A stretch of 64,000 bases of DNA from an uncultured Bacilli bacterium (GCA_947629815.1 CANRFG010000003.1:7148-71147), one strand, 5' to 3'; shown: positions 1 through 9,581, counted from the stretch's first letter. Notes: generated from the sequence alone by a model not told the origin. Numbers and translations: made by a program.

Positions 1-507
1 TCAAAAGGTAATCAACAGAAAATACAATTTATTACAGCAATACTAAATGAACCAAAACTATTAATATTAGATGAACCTTTTTCAGGATTAGACCCATTTA
101 ATGTTGAATTATTTAAACAAGAAATAGTAGAAATGTCTAAAAAAGGAAGTATAATCATATTCTCATCACATAGAATGGAACATGTTGAATTATTTTGTAA
201 AAAAATAGTAATACTTTTGAAAGGCAAAAATGTTTTATCTGGAAATATTAAAGACATTAAAGAAAAATATAGAAAGAAAAATATTTTTATAAAAGGTGAT
301 GTTTCAAAAGATGAATTACAAGATATAGAAGGCGTTAGTGAAATAGTAGAACATTCAGATGAATTAGAAGTAAAAATAAAAGATGATACAATAGTACCAT
401 CAGTATTTAAAAAAATAAAAAATAAAAATATAACTAAATTTGTAGTAGAAGAACCATCATTAAATGAAATATTTATTTCAAAAGTAGGTGAATCATATGA
501 AAAGTAA
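1..507 (+). CDS. ABC transporter ATP-binding protein, partial (5' end lies outside the window)
   Basis: Frame 1 reads ...QQKIQFITAILNEPKLLILDEPFSGLDP..., which is the Walker B/D-loop region of an ABC ATPase. A C-terminal regulatory domain follows. The gene overlaps the start of the downstream permease gene by a few codons. Confidence 0.8.
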   Translation, partial: SKGNQQKIQFITAILNEPKLLILDEPFSGLDPFNVELFKQEIVEMSKKGSIIIFSSHRMEHVELFCKKIVILLKGKNVLSGNIKDIKEKYRKKNIFIKGDVSKDELQDIEGVSEIVEHSDELEVKIKDDTIVPSVFKKIKNKNITKFVVEEPSLNEIFISKVGESYEK

Positions 508-1816
508 ACTAGGATTTTTAACAGGCGTAAGTCTAAAAAGAAAAATAAAGTCTAAATGGTTTGTGATAGCTAATGTTTTAATAGCGATAGTTATCGTCGC
601 ACTTATAAACATAGATAGTATAATATCATTTTTTGGTGGAGATTTTAATGAAAAAACAAATATTTATTTGGTTGATAATGCTAACTCATATGAACTATTT
701 AAAAGTGAAATAGAACAAAATGAAGCAGTGATTGGCAATAATGAATCTTCATATAATATTATTTTATCTAATGAGACAATCGATGATTTAAAAGAAAAAT
801 TAAAAACTGATGAAGATAGAAATAGTATTATTTTAAGTATTAAACCATCAGAAGAAAATACAATAGATGTTACTATGATAACAAGAGAATATATGGATTT
901 AATAGATAGTCAAGTTATTACAAATTCAATTAATAATACTAAAGTTGCGCTTGCTATTAAAAATTCTTCTATTTCTGCTGATGAATTAAATAATATATAT
1001 AAAACAGTAGATATTGATAGACAATGGTTAGAAGAAGGAAAAAATTCTACTGATGAGAATATGTCAATAATAATGACTACTGTATTTCCAATAGTTATTT
1101 TACCTTTCTTTTTACTTACTTTATTCTTAGTACAGATGATAGGTGCAGAAGTAAATGATGAAAAAACAACAAGAGGAATGGAAATAATAATATCTAATGT
1201 ATCACCAAAAACTCACTTCTTTTCTAAAGTAATTGCAGGTAATTTATTTGTTCTTATACAAGGTATATTATTAGTTATTTATGCTTTAATTGCGTTCTTT
1301 ATAAGAGATAAAATAGGTTCCTCTTCAATTACAGGTGGAATAGGTAGTGAAATTTCAAATGTAATAGGTAATTTGATAGGTTCAGAGGTGACATCTAAAC
1401 TTGTATATATAATACCTATAACATTAGTTCTTATGTTATTAACTTTTATATCTTATTCTTTATTAGCAGGTATTTTAGCTTCTATGACAACAAATATAGA
1501 AGATTTTCAACAATTACAAACACCTATAATGGTAATTTCATTAGTAGGTTATTATTTAGCGATGATGTCTGGGATGTTTGAAGGCTCAATATTTATAAAA
1601 ATATTATCTTTTGTACCTTTAATATCTGCTATATTATCCCCTTGTTTATTGATGTTAGGACAGATAGGTATAATTGAAGTTATTGTTTCAATATTACTAA
1701 CAATAATATTAAATTTCTTATTAATAAAATATGGTTTAAGAATATATAAGGTTGGTATACTTAATTATTCTTCTAAAGGATTATGGAAGAAAATGTTTAA
1801 AGCTATGAAAAGTTAA
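488..1816 (+). CDS. ABC-2 type transporter permease
   Basis: 442 aa. One N-terminal TM helix is followed by a large extracytoplasmic domain and a C-terminal cluster of 5-6 TM helices. It is translationally coupled to the upstream ATPase gene. Confidence 0.7.
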   Translation: MNHMKSKLGFLTGVSLKRKIKSKWFVIANVLIAIVIVALINIDSIISFFGGDFNEKTNIYLVDNANSYELFKSEIEQNEAVIGNNESSYNIILSNETIDDLKEKLKTDEDRNSIILSIKPSEENTIDVTMITREYMDLIDSQVITNSINNTKVALAIKNSSISADELNNIYKTVDIDRQWLEEGKNSTDENMSIIMTTVFPIVILPFFLLTLFLVQMIGAEVNDEKTTRGMEIIISNVSPKTHFFSKVIAGNLFVLIQGILLVIYALIAFFIRDKIGSSSITGGIGSEISNVIGNLIGSEVTSKLVYIIPITLVLMLLTFISYSLLAGILASMTTNIEDFQQLQTPIMVISLVGYYLAMMSGMFEGSIFIKILSFVPLISAILSPCLLMLGQIGIIEVIVSILLTIILNFLLIKYGLRIYKVGILNYSSKGLWKKMFKAMKS

Positions 1817-1891
1817 CAAAAATATGTTTTTTAACATATTTTTTTGTATATATTTTATAATTTTTCTCATTATAAATTTAGGAGGAAAAAT

Positions 1892-2323
1892 ATGGAAAAA
1901 GAAGATATAAATGCATTAGATGAAATACATAAAGGAGCGTACATGGGAATGGACGCATTAAATTTTGTATTAGATAAAGTAGAAGATAAAAAACTTTCAG
2001 ACGTTTTAAAAGCAGAATATGAACAATATAAAGAAATCGCTAGAAGAGTAGAAGAAATATATCCTAAATATAATGAAGGAGAACCACATAAAACAAGTGC
2101 GATGAATAAGGCAATGACATGGTATGGAATAGAAATGAAAACATTAACAGATAAAAGTGATTCAAAAATAGCAGAGCTTTTATTAAATGGAGTAAATATG
2201 GGAATTATAGAAGGCAGAAAAATTTTAAATAATAAAAAACTAGATAAGGAAGTTAATGGTATCATATCTGAATATGTAACTATGCAAGAAAAAAGTGTAG
2301 AAATTTTAAAACAATATTTATAA
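1892..2323 (+). CDS. hypothetical helical protein (possibly DUF2383/PA2169-like four-helix bundle)
   Basis: AGGAGG RBS at 1881-1886 precedes the ATG at 1892. The ORF-track start at 1844 has no RBS. A hairpin plus T-run terminator lies at 2323-2348. Confidence 0.4.
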   Translation: MEKEDINALDEIHKGAYMGMDALNFVLDKVEDKKLSDVLKAEYEQYKEIARRVEEIYPKYNEGEPHKTSAMNKAMTWYGIEMKTLTDKSDSKIAELLLNGVNMGIIEGRKILNNKKLDKEVNGIISEYVTMQEKSVEILKQYL

Positions 2324-2348
2324 AACAACATCGTGTTGTTTTTTTCTT
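2323..2348 (+). terminator. rho-independent terminator
   Basis: Stem aacaaca/tgttgtt followed by the run tttttt. Confidence 0.6.
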
Positions 2349-2423
2349 TAAAATAAAAATTCTTAGTAAAAATTTAAGTTTTAGTACATATATTTAAGTA
2401 TAGAAAGAGAGGAATTAATATAT

Positions 2424-2684
2424 ATGGAAACACTTAAAGTTTCAACTAAATCAAACCCTAATTCAGTTGCAGGAGCATTAGCTAATGTATTTCGTGAAAA
2501 GGGTACTGTAGAAATACAAGCTATAGGAGCAGGAGCACTTAATCAGGCAATCAAAGCTATTGCAATAGCTAGAGGTTTTGTTGCGCCAAGTGGTAAAAAC
2601 TTAATATGTATACCAGCTTTTACTGATATAGTAATAGAAGGTGAAGAAAGGACAGCAATAAAATTAATTGTAGAAGCTAGATAG
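2424..2684 (+). CDS. spoVS: stage V sporulation protein S
   Basis: 86 aa, METLKVSTKSNPNSVAGALANV...IQAIGAGALNQAIKAIAIARGFVAPSG...ICIPAFTDI..EGEERTAIKLIVE. This matches the SpoVS sequence as I remember it almost along its whole length. Confidence 0.9.
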   Translation: METLKVSTKSNPNSVAGALANVFREKGTVEIQAIGAGALNQAIKAIAIARGFVAPSGKNLICIPAFTDIVIEGEERTAIKLIVEAR

Positions 2685-2755
2685 CTTCTTTTTATTTTAT
2701 ATAAAAATATAGAAAAAAAATATAAATTGTGATATTATTATAATAGAGGTGTGTT

Positions 2756-3310
2756 ATGGAAAAGAGTTATGCATTACAATGTTTAGATTTTGCTTGTATT
2801 AAAACAATGCAAAAAGGTGGCGACTATAATTCATTAGGTCATATTTCAAACTCTATATTAAAACTATTATCAGAAGGCGTTACTGTTGGATTTACAAGTA
2901 AAGAAGGCGCTAGAGGATATGTTAGTGATTTATCTAGTGATGATATAGAAAAAGAAATACTTATAAATTTAATAAGAGCAAAAGCTGTTGAAAGAGAAAA
3001 TGACTTACTTAGAGCATTAAGTACAACAAAAAAAATAGAAGATGATAATTTAAATAGCGAAGAATCACTTTTCTTGATTTATGATAAATTATCTAAAGAT
3101 GGAATGAACAATTTAAAATGGATTTTAAATAAATATCCAAATTTATTTACAGAGTTATGTCTTTCATTCGCAAATACTAGATATTTCGATACAAAAGATT
3201 ATGGAATAAAAAAATTAGATGAAGTTAAACTTAATGAAGAAGATATAGTTTTAATAAATAAAATAAAGTCATATTATAGTGAAACAGAAGAAAAGCAGCC
3301 AAGTAAGTAA
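2756..3310 (+). CDS. hypothetical protein
   Basis: 184-aa ORF with a promoter-like AT-rich upstream region. No motif recognised. Confidence 0.45.
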   Translation: MEKSYALQCLDFACIKTMQKGGDYNSLGHISNSILKLLSEGVTVGFTSKEGARGYVSDLSSDDIEKEILINLIRAKAVERENDLLRALSTTKKIEDDNLNSEESLFLIYDKLSKDGMNNLKWILNKYPNLFTELCLSFANTRYFDTKDYGIKKLDEVKLNEEDIVLINKIKSYYSETEEKQPSK

Positions 3311-3321
3311 AGGTGAAAAAT

Positions 3322-3738
3322 ATGGATTCTAATCTAAAAAGAAGTATAATGCTTGAGCATTATCAAAATCCTAAAAATAAAGGCTTAATTGAAGATGAAA
3401 CATATTTAAAAATAAATATGAACAATGAAAGTTGTATAGATGAAATAAATTTAATGGTAAAATTAGATGGAGATATTATAAAAGATATAAGATTTGATGG
3501 AGAAGCTTGTGCGATATGTACGAGTGCAACCTCAATAATGATAGATACATTAATAGGTAAAAGTAAAGAAGAAGCACAAAATATAATACAAAATTATTAT
3601 AATATGATAGAAGAGAAAGAATACGACCCAAATATTTTAGAGCAAGCAGTAGTATATAGTGATATATCAAAACAACCAAATAGAAAAAAATGTGCACTTT
3701 TATCATGGTGGGGAATTGAAAAAGCAACAAAAAAGTAA
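3322..3738 (+). CDS. sufU: SUF system Fe-S cluster assembly scaffold, NifU/SufU family
   Basis: Reads LEHYQNPKNKGLIEDE...LMVKLDGDIIKDIRFDGEACAICTSATSIMID...KKCALLSWW, which aligns with SufU. RBS AGGTG at 3311-3315 precedes the ATG at 3322. Confidence 0.8.
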   Translation: MDSNLKRSIMLEHYQNPKNKGLIEDETYLKINMNNESCIDEINLMVKLDGDIIKDIRFDGEACAICTSATSIMIDTLIGKSKEEAQNIIQNYYNMIEEKEYDPNILEQAVVYSDISKQPNRKKCALLSWWGIEKATKK

Positions 3739-3790
3739 TATTTTGATGCTTTTTTTCTTATAATTTAGTATAATTATCTATGGTGGGAAT

Positions 3791-5095
3791 ATGCAAAATT
3801 TAAATATAGAAAAAGTAGAACAAATATCAGATATAAAAAAAGAACCAATTTGGATGAAAAAGTTTAGAGTGAATGCATTTAAAACATTTGAAAAACTTGG
3901 AAATCCTAAGTTTGGACCAGAACTAAAAATTGATTTTGATATTATAAATTACTACAAAAAATTAGATGACGAAATACATAATAATTGGAATGATGTTCCA
4001 AAAGATATAAAAGATACATTTGATAAAATAGGACTTCCTGAAGCAGAAAAAAAATATTTATCAGGTGTACATGCCCAATATGAAAGTGAAGGCATATATA
4101 GTAATATGTTAAAAGAACTTGAAGAAAAAAATGTAATATTTTGTGATACTGATACAGCACTTAAAAAATATCCAAAATTATTTAAACAATATTTTAATAA
4201 TTTAGTTAAATATGATGAAAATAAATATACTGCTTTAAATTCAGCAGTATGGAGTGGAGGGACTTTTATTTATGTTCCACCACATACAACAATAGATAGA
4301 CCACTTCAAAGTTACTTTAGAATCAATTCTAAAAATATGGGACAATTTGAAAGAACAATTATAATAGTAGATGAATATAGTAGTCTACATTATATGGAAG
4401 GTTGTACCGCACCTACATATACATCAGATTCTTTACATGCTGCAGTAGTAGAAATATATGTTAAAAAAGGTGCGAAATGTAGATATACAACAATACAAAA
4501 TTGGTCTAATGATGTATATAATTTAGTAACGAAAAGAGCAATAGTAGAAGAAGATGGACTTATGGAGTGGATAGATGGTAATATTGGCTCTAAAATAAAT
4601 ATGAAATATCCAACTTGTATATTAAATGGAAATGGTGCGAAAGGAAACTGTATTTCAATTGCTGTTGCTACAAAAGGACAAATTCAAGATGCAGGTGCGA
4701 AAATGATACACTTATTTCCAAATACAACAAGTAATATAATATCAAAGTCTGTTGCTAGTAATGGTGGAGAAGCTACATATAGAGGAACAGTTAATATAAC
4801 AAAAAATGCTGTTAATTCCAAAAGCATAGTTAAATGTGATACTATTATTTTAGATGATAAGTCAAGAAGCGATACTATTCCTAAAAATAAAGTGGAAAAT
4901 GATAGTTCAACTCTAGAACATGAAGCAACAGTATCAAAAATAAGTAAAGAAAAACTATTTTATTTAATGAGTAGAGGAATAGAAGAAGAAAAAGCAAAAG
5001 AATTATTAATAATGGGATTTATAGATGAATTTAAAGAACAATTACCAATGGAATATGCTATAGAATTAAATGCATTATTAAAAAATTATTTTTAG
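3791..5095 (+). CDS. sufB: Fe-S cluster assembly protein SufB
   Basis: 434 aa with SufB-type conserved blocks: [53 protein letters not shown]. Confidence 0.8.
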   Translation: MQNLNIEKVEQISDIKKEPIWMKKFRVNAFKTFEKLGNPKFGPELKIDFDIINYYKKLDDEIHNNWNDVPKDIKDTFDKIGLPEAEKKYLSGVHAQYESEGIYSNMLKELEEKNVIFCDTDTALKKYPKLFKQYFNNLVKYDENKYTALNSAVWSGGTFIYVPPHTTIDRPLQSYFRINSKNMGQFERTIIIVDEYSSLHYMEGCTAPTYTSDSLHAAVVEIYVKKGAKCRYTTIQNWSNDVYNLVTKRAIVEEDGLMEWIDGNIGSKINMKYPTCILNGNGAKGNCISIAVATKGQIQDAGAKMIHLFPNTTSNIISKSVASNGGEATYRGTVNITKNAVNSKSIVKCDTIILDDKSRSDTIPKNKVENDSSTLEHEATVSKISKEKLFYLMSRGIEEEKAKELLIMGFIDEFKEQLPMEYAIELNALLKNYF

Positions 5096-5106
5096 GAGGG
5101 AAAAGA

Positions 5107-5394
5107 ATGAAAAAAGTTTTATTTTTAATAGTTGTTATTTTACTATCAGGTTGTGGTAATGGTACTAAAAAAGAAGATATAATGCTTGAATATGCAAAAA
5201 CATACTATAATAATCATATGATAATGACAACTGCAAATAGTGTTTCAATTACTAAAGAAATGTTAAATGAAGCATCAGATGAAGATGGATATGATATGTC
5301 AAAATTAGAAGGTTGCGCTAATTCATCAAGGGTAATTTTTCAAATAGAAAACAGAGAAATAAAAAATATTGAATATAATTTAGAATGTAGCTAA
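5107..5394 (+). CDS. small lipoprotein, hypothetical
   Basis: Signal peptide plus lipobox LLSGC: MKKVLFLIVVILLSGCGN. Confidence 0.5.
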   Translation: MKKVLFLIVVILLSGCGNGTKKEDIMLEYAKTYYNNHMIMTTANSVSITKEMLNEASDEDGYDMSKLEGCANSSRVIFQIENREIKNIEYNLECS

Positions 5395-5398
5395 TTTT

Positions 5399-5490
5399 GT
5401 AAATCTGCAACTATTTAGTGCATAAAATACTACCAATTTTAAAAATTGGCTAAGCAGATTTTCAAAATCTGCAAAAAAAATCTGCAAATA
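5399..5490. promoter_or_regulatory. cluster of AAATCTGCA operator-like half-sites (3 direct, 1 inverted) plus the palindrome CCAATTTTAAAAATTGG, upstream of ssb
   Basis: aaatctgca occurs at 5401, 5466 and 5480; gcagattt at 5453. The 13-mer aaatctgcaacta at 5401 is identical to the one in the palindrome at 6104. Confidence 0.5.
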
Positions 5491-5556
5491 AAGCAAATTG
5501 GTATTTTGCTTTATTTTTTTTATTGTTTTATTATGTTCGTGAAAGGAGGAAAAATA

Positions 5557-5889
5557 ATGTTAAATCAAACTATATTAGTAGGTAGAATAGTAAGAAATCC
5601 AGAGTTATATGAAACAGAAAGTGGTAAAAAAGTTACAAATGTTGTTTTAGCGGTACCAAGAAGTTTTAAAAACTCTGAAGGACAATATGAAACAGACTAT
5701 ATAAATTGTGTACTTTGGAAAGGCATAGCAGAAAATACTGTTGAATATTGCCATAAAGGAGATTTGGTTGGAATAAGAGGAAGATTACAATCTAGAAGTA
5801 TAGATGTAGATGAAGAAAATAAAAAACAAATTATGGAAGTAGTTGCTGAAAAAGTAACTTTTCTATCAAGTAAAAAAGTAGATGAATAA
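5557..5889 (+). CDS. ssb: single-stranded DNA-binding protein (short SSB)
   Basis: Reads MLNQTILVGRIVRNPELYETESGKKVTNVVLAVPRSFKNSEGQYETDYINCVLWKG...GDLVGIRGRLQSRSIDVDE, an OB-fold SSB. RBS AAAGGAGG precedes the ATG at 5557. The longer ORF-track start (5446) lacks an RBS. Confidence 0.8.
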   Translation: MLNQTILVGRIVRNPELYETESGKKVTNVVLAVPRSFKNSEGQYETDYINCVLWKGIAENTVEYCHKGDLVGIRGRLQSRSIDVDEENKKQIMEVVAEKVTFLSSKKVDE

Positions 5890-5890
5890 T

Positions 5891-6088
5891 CTACTTTTTA
5901 AAATCATTATAAAAAATATCATCAGGTTTTAAATTAAATATATCAGAAATCCTAATAGCTAATTCATAAGTTAATCGTCTTTTATTATTTTCAATTTGCC
6001 AATAATATGTTTTACTTATATTTAATATATCAGCCACATATTGGTATGAATATTTATTCTTTTGTCTTAATTGCTTTAATTTATGCAT
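5891..6088 (-). CDS. XRE-family HTH transcriptional regulator (Cro-like, 65 aa)
   Basis: HTH reading ...YSYQYVADILNISKTYYWQIENNKR. Transcribed divergently from the 6232 XRE gene. Confidence 0.7.
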   Translation of the reverse strand: MHKLKQLRQKNKYSYQYVADILNISKTYYWQIENNKRRLTYELAIRISDIFNLKPDDIFYNDFKK

Positions 6089-6103
6089 TATATCACTCCT
6101 AAT

Positions 6104-6122
6104 AAATCTGCAACTAAGATTT
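6104..6122. promoter_or_regulatory. perfect 19-bp palindrome AAATCTGCAACTAAGATTT in the divergent XRE intergenic region (putative operator)
   Basis: Read directly from the sequence. It shares the aaatctgcaacta 13-mer with the site upstream of ssb. Confidence 0.55.
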
Positions 6123-6231
6123 ATTATACATTATTTATTTCATAACTTCAAGCAAAAGTTATCTACAAGTTAATTTCAAGTTATAAAGTTTAATAATTGT
6201 TATAATTATTTTAGTAATGTAGGAGGTATTA

Positions 6232-6585
6232 ATGTTATTAGGTAGGAGATTAAAAGAAGCTAGAAAAAATAAAGGTTATACGCAAAGTGATTTAGCGAGT
6301 GAACTAGGTGTATCTAAGGTTACAATATGTGGATATGAAAGAGGAACAAGAGTACCATCACTTGGTATATTTTTACAATTACTAGACATACTTCAAGTTG
6401 AACCTAATTTTTTATTAGGACGAGATACTTTAATAAGAGAAGGAAATACTGAATATTGTATAAAAGTCGCAAAAGAAGATATAAAGATATTAAAGGAAAT
6501 CAGAAATAATGCCACAGTTTATAGTAAATTTTTAGATAATCCTAAAGGTATTATAAATTTTATAGAACGAAAATTAAATAAATGA
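6232..6585 (+). CDS. XRE-family HTH transcriptional regulator (CI-like, 117 aa)
   Basis: Reads LKEARKNKGYTQSDLASELGVSKVTICGYERG, followed by a C-terminal extension. Confidence 0.7.
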   Translation: MLLGRRLKEARKNKGYTQSDLASELGVSKVTICGYERGTRVPSLGIFLQLLDILQVEPNFLLGRDTLIREGNTEYCIKVAKEDIKILKEIRNNATVYSKFLDNPKGIINFIERKLNK

Positions 6586-6635
6586 TGGTAATATCATTTA
6601 TTTTTTGATATAATTATAATAGGAGTGTGTTAGAA

Positions 6636-7664
6636 GTGAAAAGTATTAAAAAAGTATTATATTTAGTTTTATGTTTTTCTTTATTATTTATAAGTGGTTG
6701 TGGAAATAATAAAGCTGCTGAAAAAGAGGAAGTGGATAATGTCCCTGTTGTACCTGAAAAGAAATTAAAAATAGTTGATGAGTCTTCAAATTCAAGGCCA
6801 TATGCAGTAATGATTAATAATCACCCTAGCGCTAGACCTAATCAAGCAGGACTACAAGATGCGTACATAGTTTATGAATTAGTAGCTGAAGGTGGAATAA
6901 CAAGATATATGGCATTATTTAAAGACAAAGATACAGCTAAAATTGGTTCAGTTAGAAGTTCTAGACATTATTACTTAGATTATGCATTAGAAAATGATGC
7001 TATATATGTACATTGGGGTTGGAGTCCTCAAGCACAAACTGATATAAGTAAATTAAAAATAAATAATATTAATGGATTATCTTATGAAGGAAAGTATTTC
7101 TATAGAGATAAAACTTTAAATGTTGCGTATGAACATACAGGGTATACTACTATGGAAATGTTAAAAAAAGCAACAACTGATTTAAATTATAGGGCAACAA
7201 CTAATAAAGATTTACTTTTAAATTATAATGTAGATGAAGTTGATTTAAGTGGAAAAGAAAACTCACAAATTGCGAATAATGTAAGCATCACATATTCTGG
7301 TTCAGTAACTACAAGTTATGTATATGATAGTGATGCAAAAGTGTACAAAAGATTTGTAAATGGTAAAGAACATACAGATGGAGTTACTAAACAACAATAT
7401 ACTGCAAAAAATATAATTACTTATCAAATAAAAAATTATACAATTCCAGGAGATACTAAAGGTAGACAAAATTTTGAAAATATTGGTTCAGGTACAGGGT
7501 ATTACATCACTGATGGTTATGCTGTTGAGATAAATTGGAAAAAAGATTCAAGGGAATCACAAACAGTTTATACTTATTTAGATGGTACAGAAATCGATGT
7601 AAATGATGGAAATACATATATACAAATTCAGCCAAAAGGCCAGAAATTGACAATTTCTGAATAA
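6636..7664 (+). CDS. DUF3048 (YerB-like) lipoprotein
   Basis: Lipobox FISGCGNN. Blocks PYAVMINNHPSARPNQAGLQDAYIVYELVAEGGITRYMALF match my recollection of the YerB/DUF3048 family. RBS AGGAG at 6621 precedes the GTG at 6636 (alternative GTG at 6627). Confidence 0.6.
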   Translation: MKSIKKVLYLVLCFSLLFISGCGNNKAAEKEEVDNVPVVPEKKLKIVDESSNSRPYAVMINNHPSARPNQAGLQDAYIVYELVAEGGITRYMALFKDKDTAKIGSVRSSRHYYLDYALENDAIYVHWGWSPQAQTDISKLKINNINGLSYEGKYFYRDKTLNVAYEHTGYTTMEMLKKATTDLNYRATTNKDLLLNYNVDEVDLSGKENSQIANNVSITYSGSVTTSYVYDSDAKVYKRFVNGKEHTDGVTKQQYTAKNIITYQIKNYTIPGDTKGRQNFENIGSGTGYYITDGYAVEINWKKDSRESQTVYTYLDGTEIDVNDGNTYIQIQPKGQKLTISE

Positions 7665-7745
7665 AATTTTAAAATAATGATAAAAAAAACATTATAATTT
7701 TATTCGTATTGTGATATAATGTAATAGTGTTCGAGGTGAAAACAA

Positions 7746-8249
7746 GTGCAAAAGATTGAAGAAAATACGGAGTATTTGTATTTAGTAAAGCACATTTTAG
7801 ATAATAATGAATTTCAAAAAATAAAAAATATAGAGCATCATGGCGTAACTAGATACGATCATTCTCTTAGAGTTTCTTATTATTCATATAAAATATCAAA
7901 AATTTTAAAACTTGATTATAAACAGGTAGCAACAGGTGGATTACTTCATGATTTCTTTTTAAGTGATGAAGATAGAAATAGTAAAGATAGATTTTTATCA
8001 ACATTTAATCATCCTAAAAGAGCTGTATTAAAAGCAAGTGAACAATTCGATATAACAGAAATGGAAAAAGATATTATTAGAACTCATATGTTTCCAATTA
8101 ATTTATCAGTGCCTAAATATGCTGAATCTTGGATTGTTAGTATGGTAGATAAAGTAGTGGGAGTTTATGAATTTTCTAGGAAGTTTGGTTATAAATTAGT
8201 ATATGCAACAAACTTATTATTGATATTTTTATTGAACAGTGTTAAGTAA
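7746..8249 (+). CDS. HD-domain phosphohydrolase
   Basis: The pair H..H...GLLHDF marks an HD motif. GTG start. Confidence 0.6.
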   Translation: MQKIEENTEYLYLVKHILDNNEFQKIKNIEHHGVTRYDHSLRVSYYSYKISKILKLDYKQVATGGLLHDFFLSDEDRNSKDRFLSTFNHPKRAVLKASEQFDITEMEKDIIRTHMFPINLSVPKYAESWIVSMVDKVVGVYEFSRKFGYKLVYATNLLLIFLLNSVK

Positions 8250-8304
8250 TTAATACTGTTTTTTGTTGAAATAATTTAATATAAATGATATAATTTACTC
8301 ATGT

Positions 8305-8381
8305 GTTTCCGTAGCTCAGTAGGATAGAGCGAACGCCTCCTAAGCGTTAGGTTAGCAGTTCGATTCTGCTCGGGAACACCA
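8305..8381 (+). tRNA. tRNA-Arg (anticodon CCT)
   Basis: Cloverleaf by hand. Acceptor GTTTCCG/CGGGAAC. D-arm GCTCAGTAGGATAGAGC. Anticodon stem AACGC/GCGTT with loop CTCCTAA. T-arm AGCAG TTCGATT CTGCT. Encoded CCA present. Confidence 0.85.
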
Positions 8382-8790
8382 GATTGATACTAAACTTGGA
8401 AAATTCAAGTAAAAATAGAGAATGTACTTGATAAAAGTGCGTTTTTATGTTATTATGAATATGTCAAGGAAACTTGCATAAAATAAAAAAGGATACATTT
8501 GATTGAGAGAATCAGATGTTATCCCTTGTGGAATGCATCTGAAATCAACTATTGTTGAAATCAGATGTTTTTATTATTTAAATAGTAAGGTGATTACTAT
8601 AAAGAATAATAGTAGGATTACAATAAATTGAGAAAATTCTCTCTTTGTCATAAATACCACCACCTTTCTCTTATCTTTTGATAATTGAAAGGGAAAACAT
8701 CTGACATATTTCAAATGTATCCACTGATATTATACCAAACAAATGTTCTAAATTCAAGATATTTTAAATTATTTTATAAGAAAAAGCAAT
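8382..8790 (+). other. conserved noncoding module (copy A): promoter, 6-codon mini-ORF and long imperfect hairpin; homologous to 47252-47640
   Basis: Promoter TTGATA at 8428, 17-bp spacer, TATTAT at 8451. Mini-ORF atgtcaaggaaacttgcataa. Long-range inverted repeat 8491-8520 against 8694-8720. An anti-SD-like motif caccacctttctc. About 75% identity to the copy at 47252 over roughly 400 bp. Confidence 0.5.
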
Positions 8791-8978
8791 ACAAAAAAAT
8801 TATCAAATTTCTTATTTAATAATAAATTATAATTAATCTTCGTTTTTCTAAAAGTTTTACTTTCTTTTATTAATAGTATCATACAAAAAATAAGATTTAT
8901 TAAGATTTATTTTCATAGTTTGCTTAACTAAGTCCAATATTGTATTTTTCATATGATATTATTAAGGGAGATGAAAAG

Positions 8979-9581
8979 ATGAACGAAGAAAATTTTGATA
9001 AATGTGTGCAAGAAAAAATACTTAAACCATGTTGTAGCCCTTGTTATGTGTTAGGTCCAGCTGGACCAAGAGGTGCAACAGGTCCAACAGGCCCAATTGG
9101 ACCAACAGGACCTGCAGGTATACCAGGACCACAAGGAACACAAGGAGAAATAGGCCCAACAGGACCTGCAGCTGGACTTAATGCTTATGGAGGCCTTTAT
9201 TTATCTACTCCACAAACATTTCAAAGTCAACAACAACCTATTACTATTAACTTAGATACTCCTATGGAGGATTATTCAGTAACAGGAGGTACTAATGCTA
9301 TTCAAATAGTAGAAGGTGGAATATATGAAGTAACTTATACTCTTACTGCAACTTTAAATCAACCTGGTAATCTTGTAGTTGGAGTAAAAGAAAATGATAA
9401 AACTATACCTGGTTCTTCTGGAACAATTACATTAGATACTGCTGGAATGGGAGTAATAGCGAATAATATAATTGTTAGATTAACAGATAAATCTTCTATT
9501 TCACTTGCAATATTACCTGAAACAACAGTACAAAATGGTAATATTAATCAAGCATCTTTATCAGTTAAATTATTAGATTAG
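8979..9581 (+). CDS. collagen-like (G-x-y repeat) protein with BclA-type C-terminal globular domain (exosporium-like)
   Basis: [38 protein letters not shown] triple-helix repeats are followed by a roughly 130-aa beta-rich C-terminal domain. RBS GGGAG precedes the ATG at 8979. Confidence 0.7.
   Translation: MNEENFDKCVQEKILKPCCSPCYVLGPAGPRGATGPTGPIGPTGPAGIPGPQGTQGEIGPTGPAAGLNAYGGLYLSTPQTFQSQQQPITINLDTPMEDYSVTGGTNAIQIVEGGIYEVTYTLTATLNQPGNLVVGVKENDKTIPGSSGTITLDTAGMGVIANNIIVRLTDKSSISLAILPETTVQNGNINQASLSVKLLD

Noticed and set aside
12-257. Antisense ORFs overlapping well-supported genes (for example 12..257, 1870..2331, 3476..3730, 3942..4160, 15257..15445, 29344..30077, 49902..50495, 57800..58147, 58686..59173, 61517..62260)
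   Set aside because: They lie fully inside, and opposite to, genes with strong homology-type support. Their low-complexity, Leu/Phe/Ile-rich translations are typical of AT-rich antisense frames. None has an RBS.
5446-5556. Longer N-terminal extension of SSB (ORF-track start 5446)
   Set aside because: No RBS. The extension overlaps the operator-like repeat cluster. The ATG at 5557 has a strong AAAGGAGG RBS and gives a canonical SSB N-terminus.
8940-8978. Upstream start of the collagen-like gene ([13 protein letters not shown]..)
   Set aside because: The GGGAG RBS lies within this stretch and is correctly spaced for the ATG at 8979. The extension has no support.
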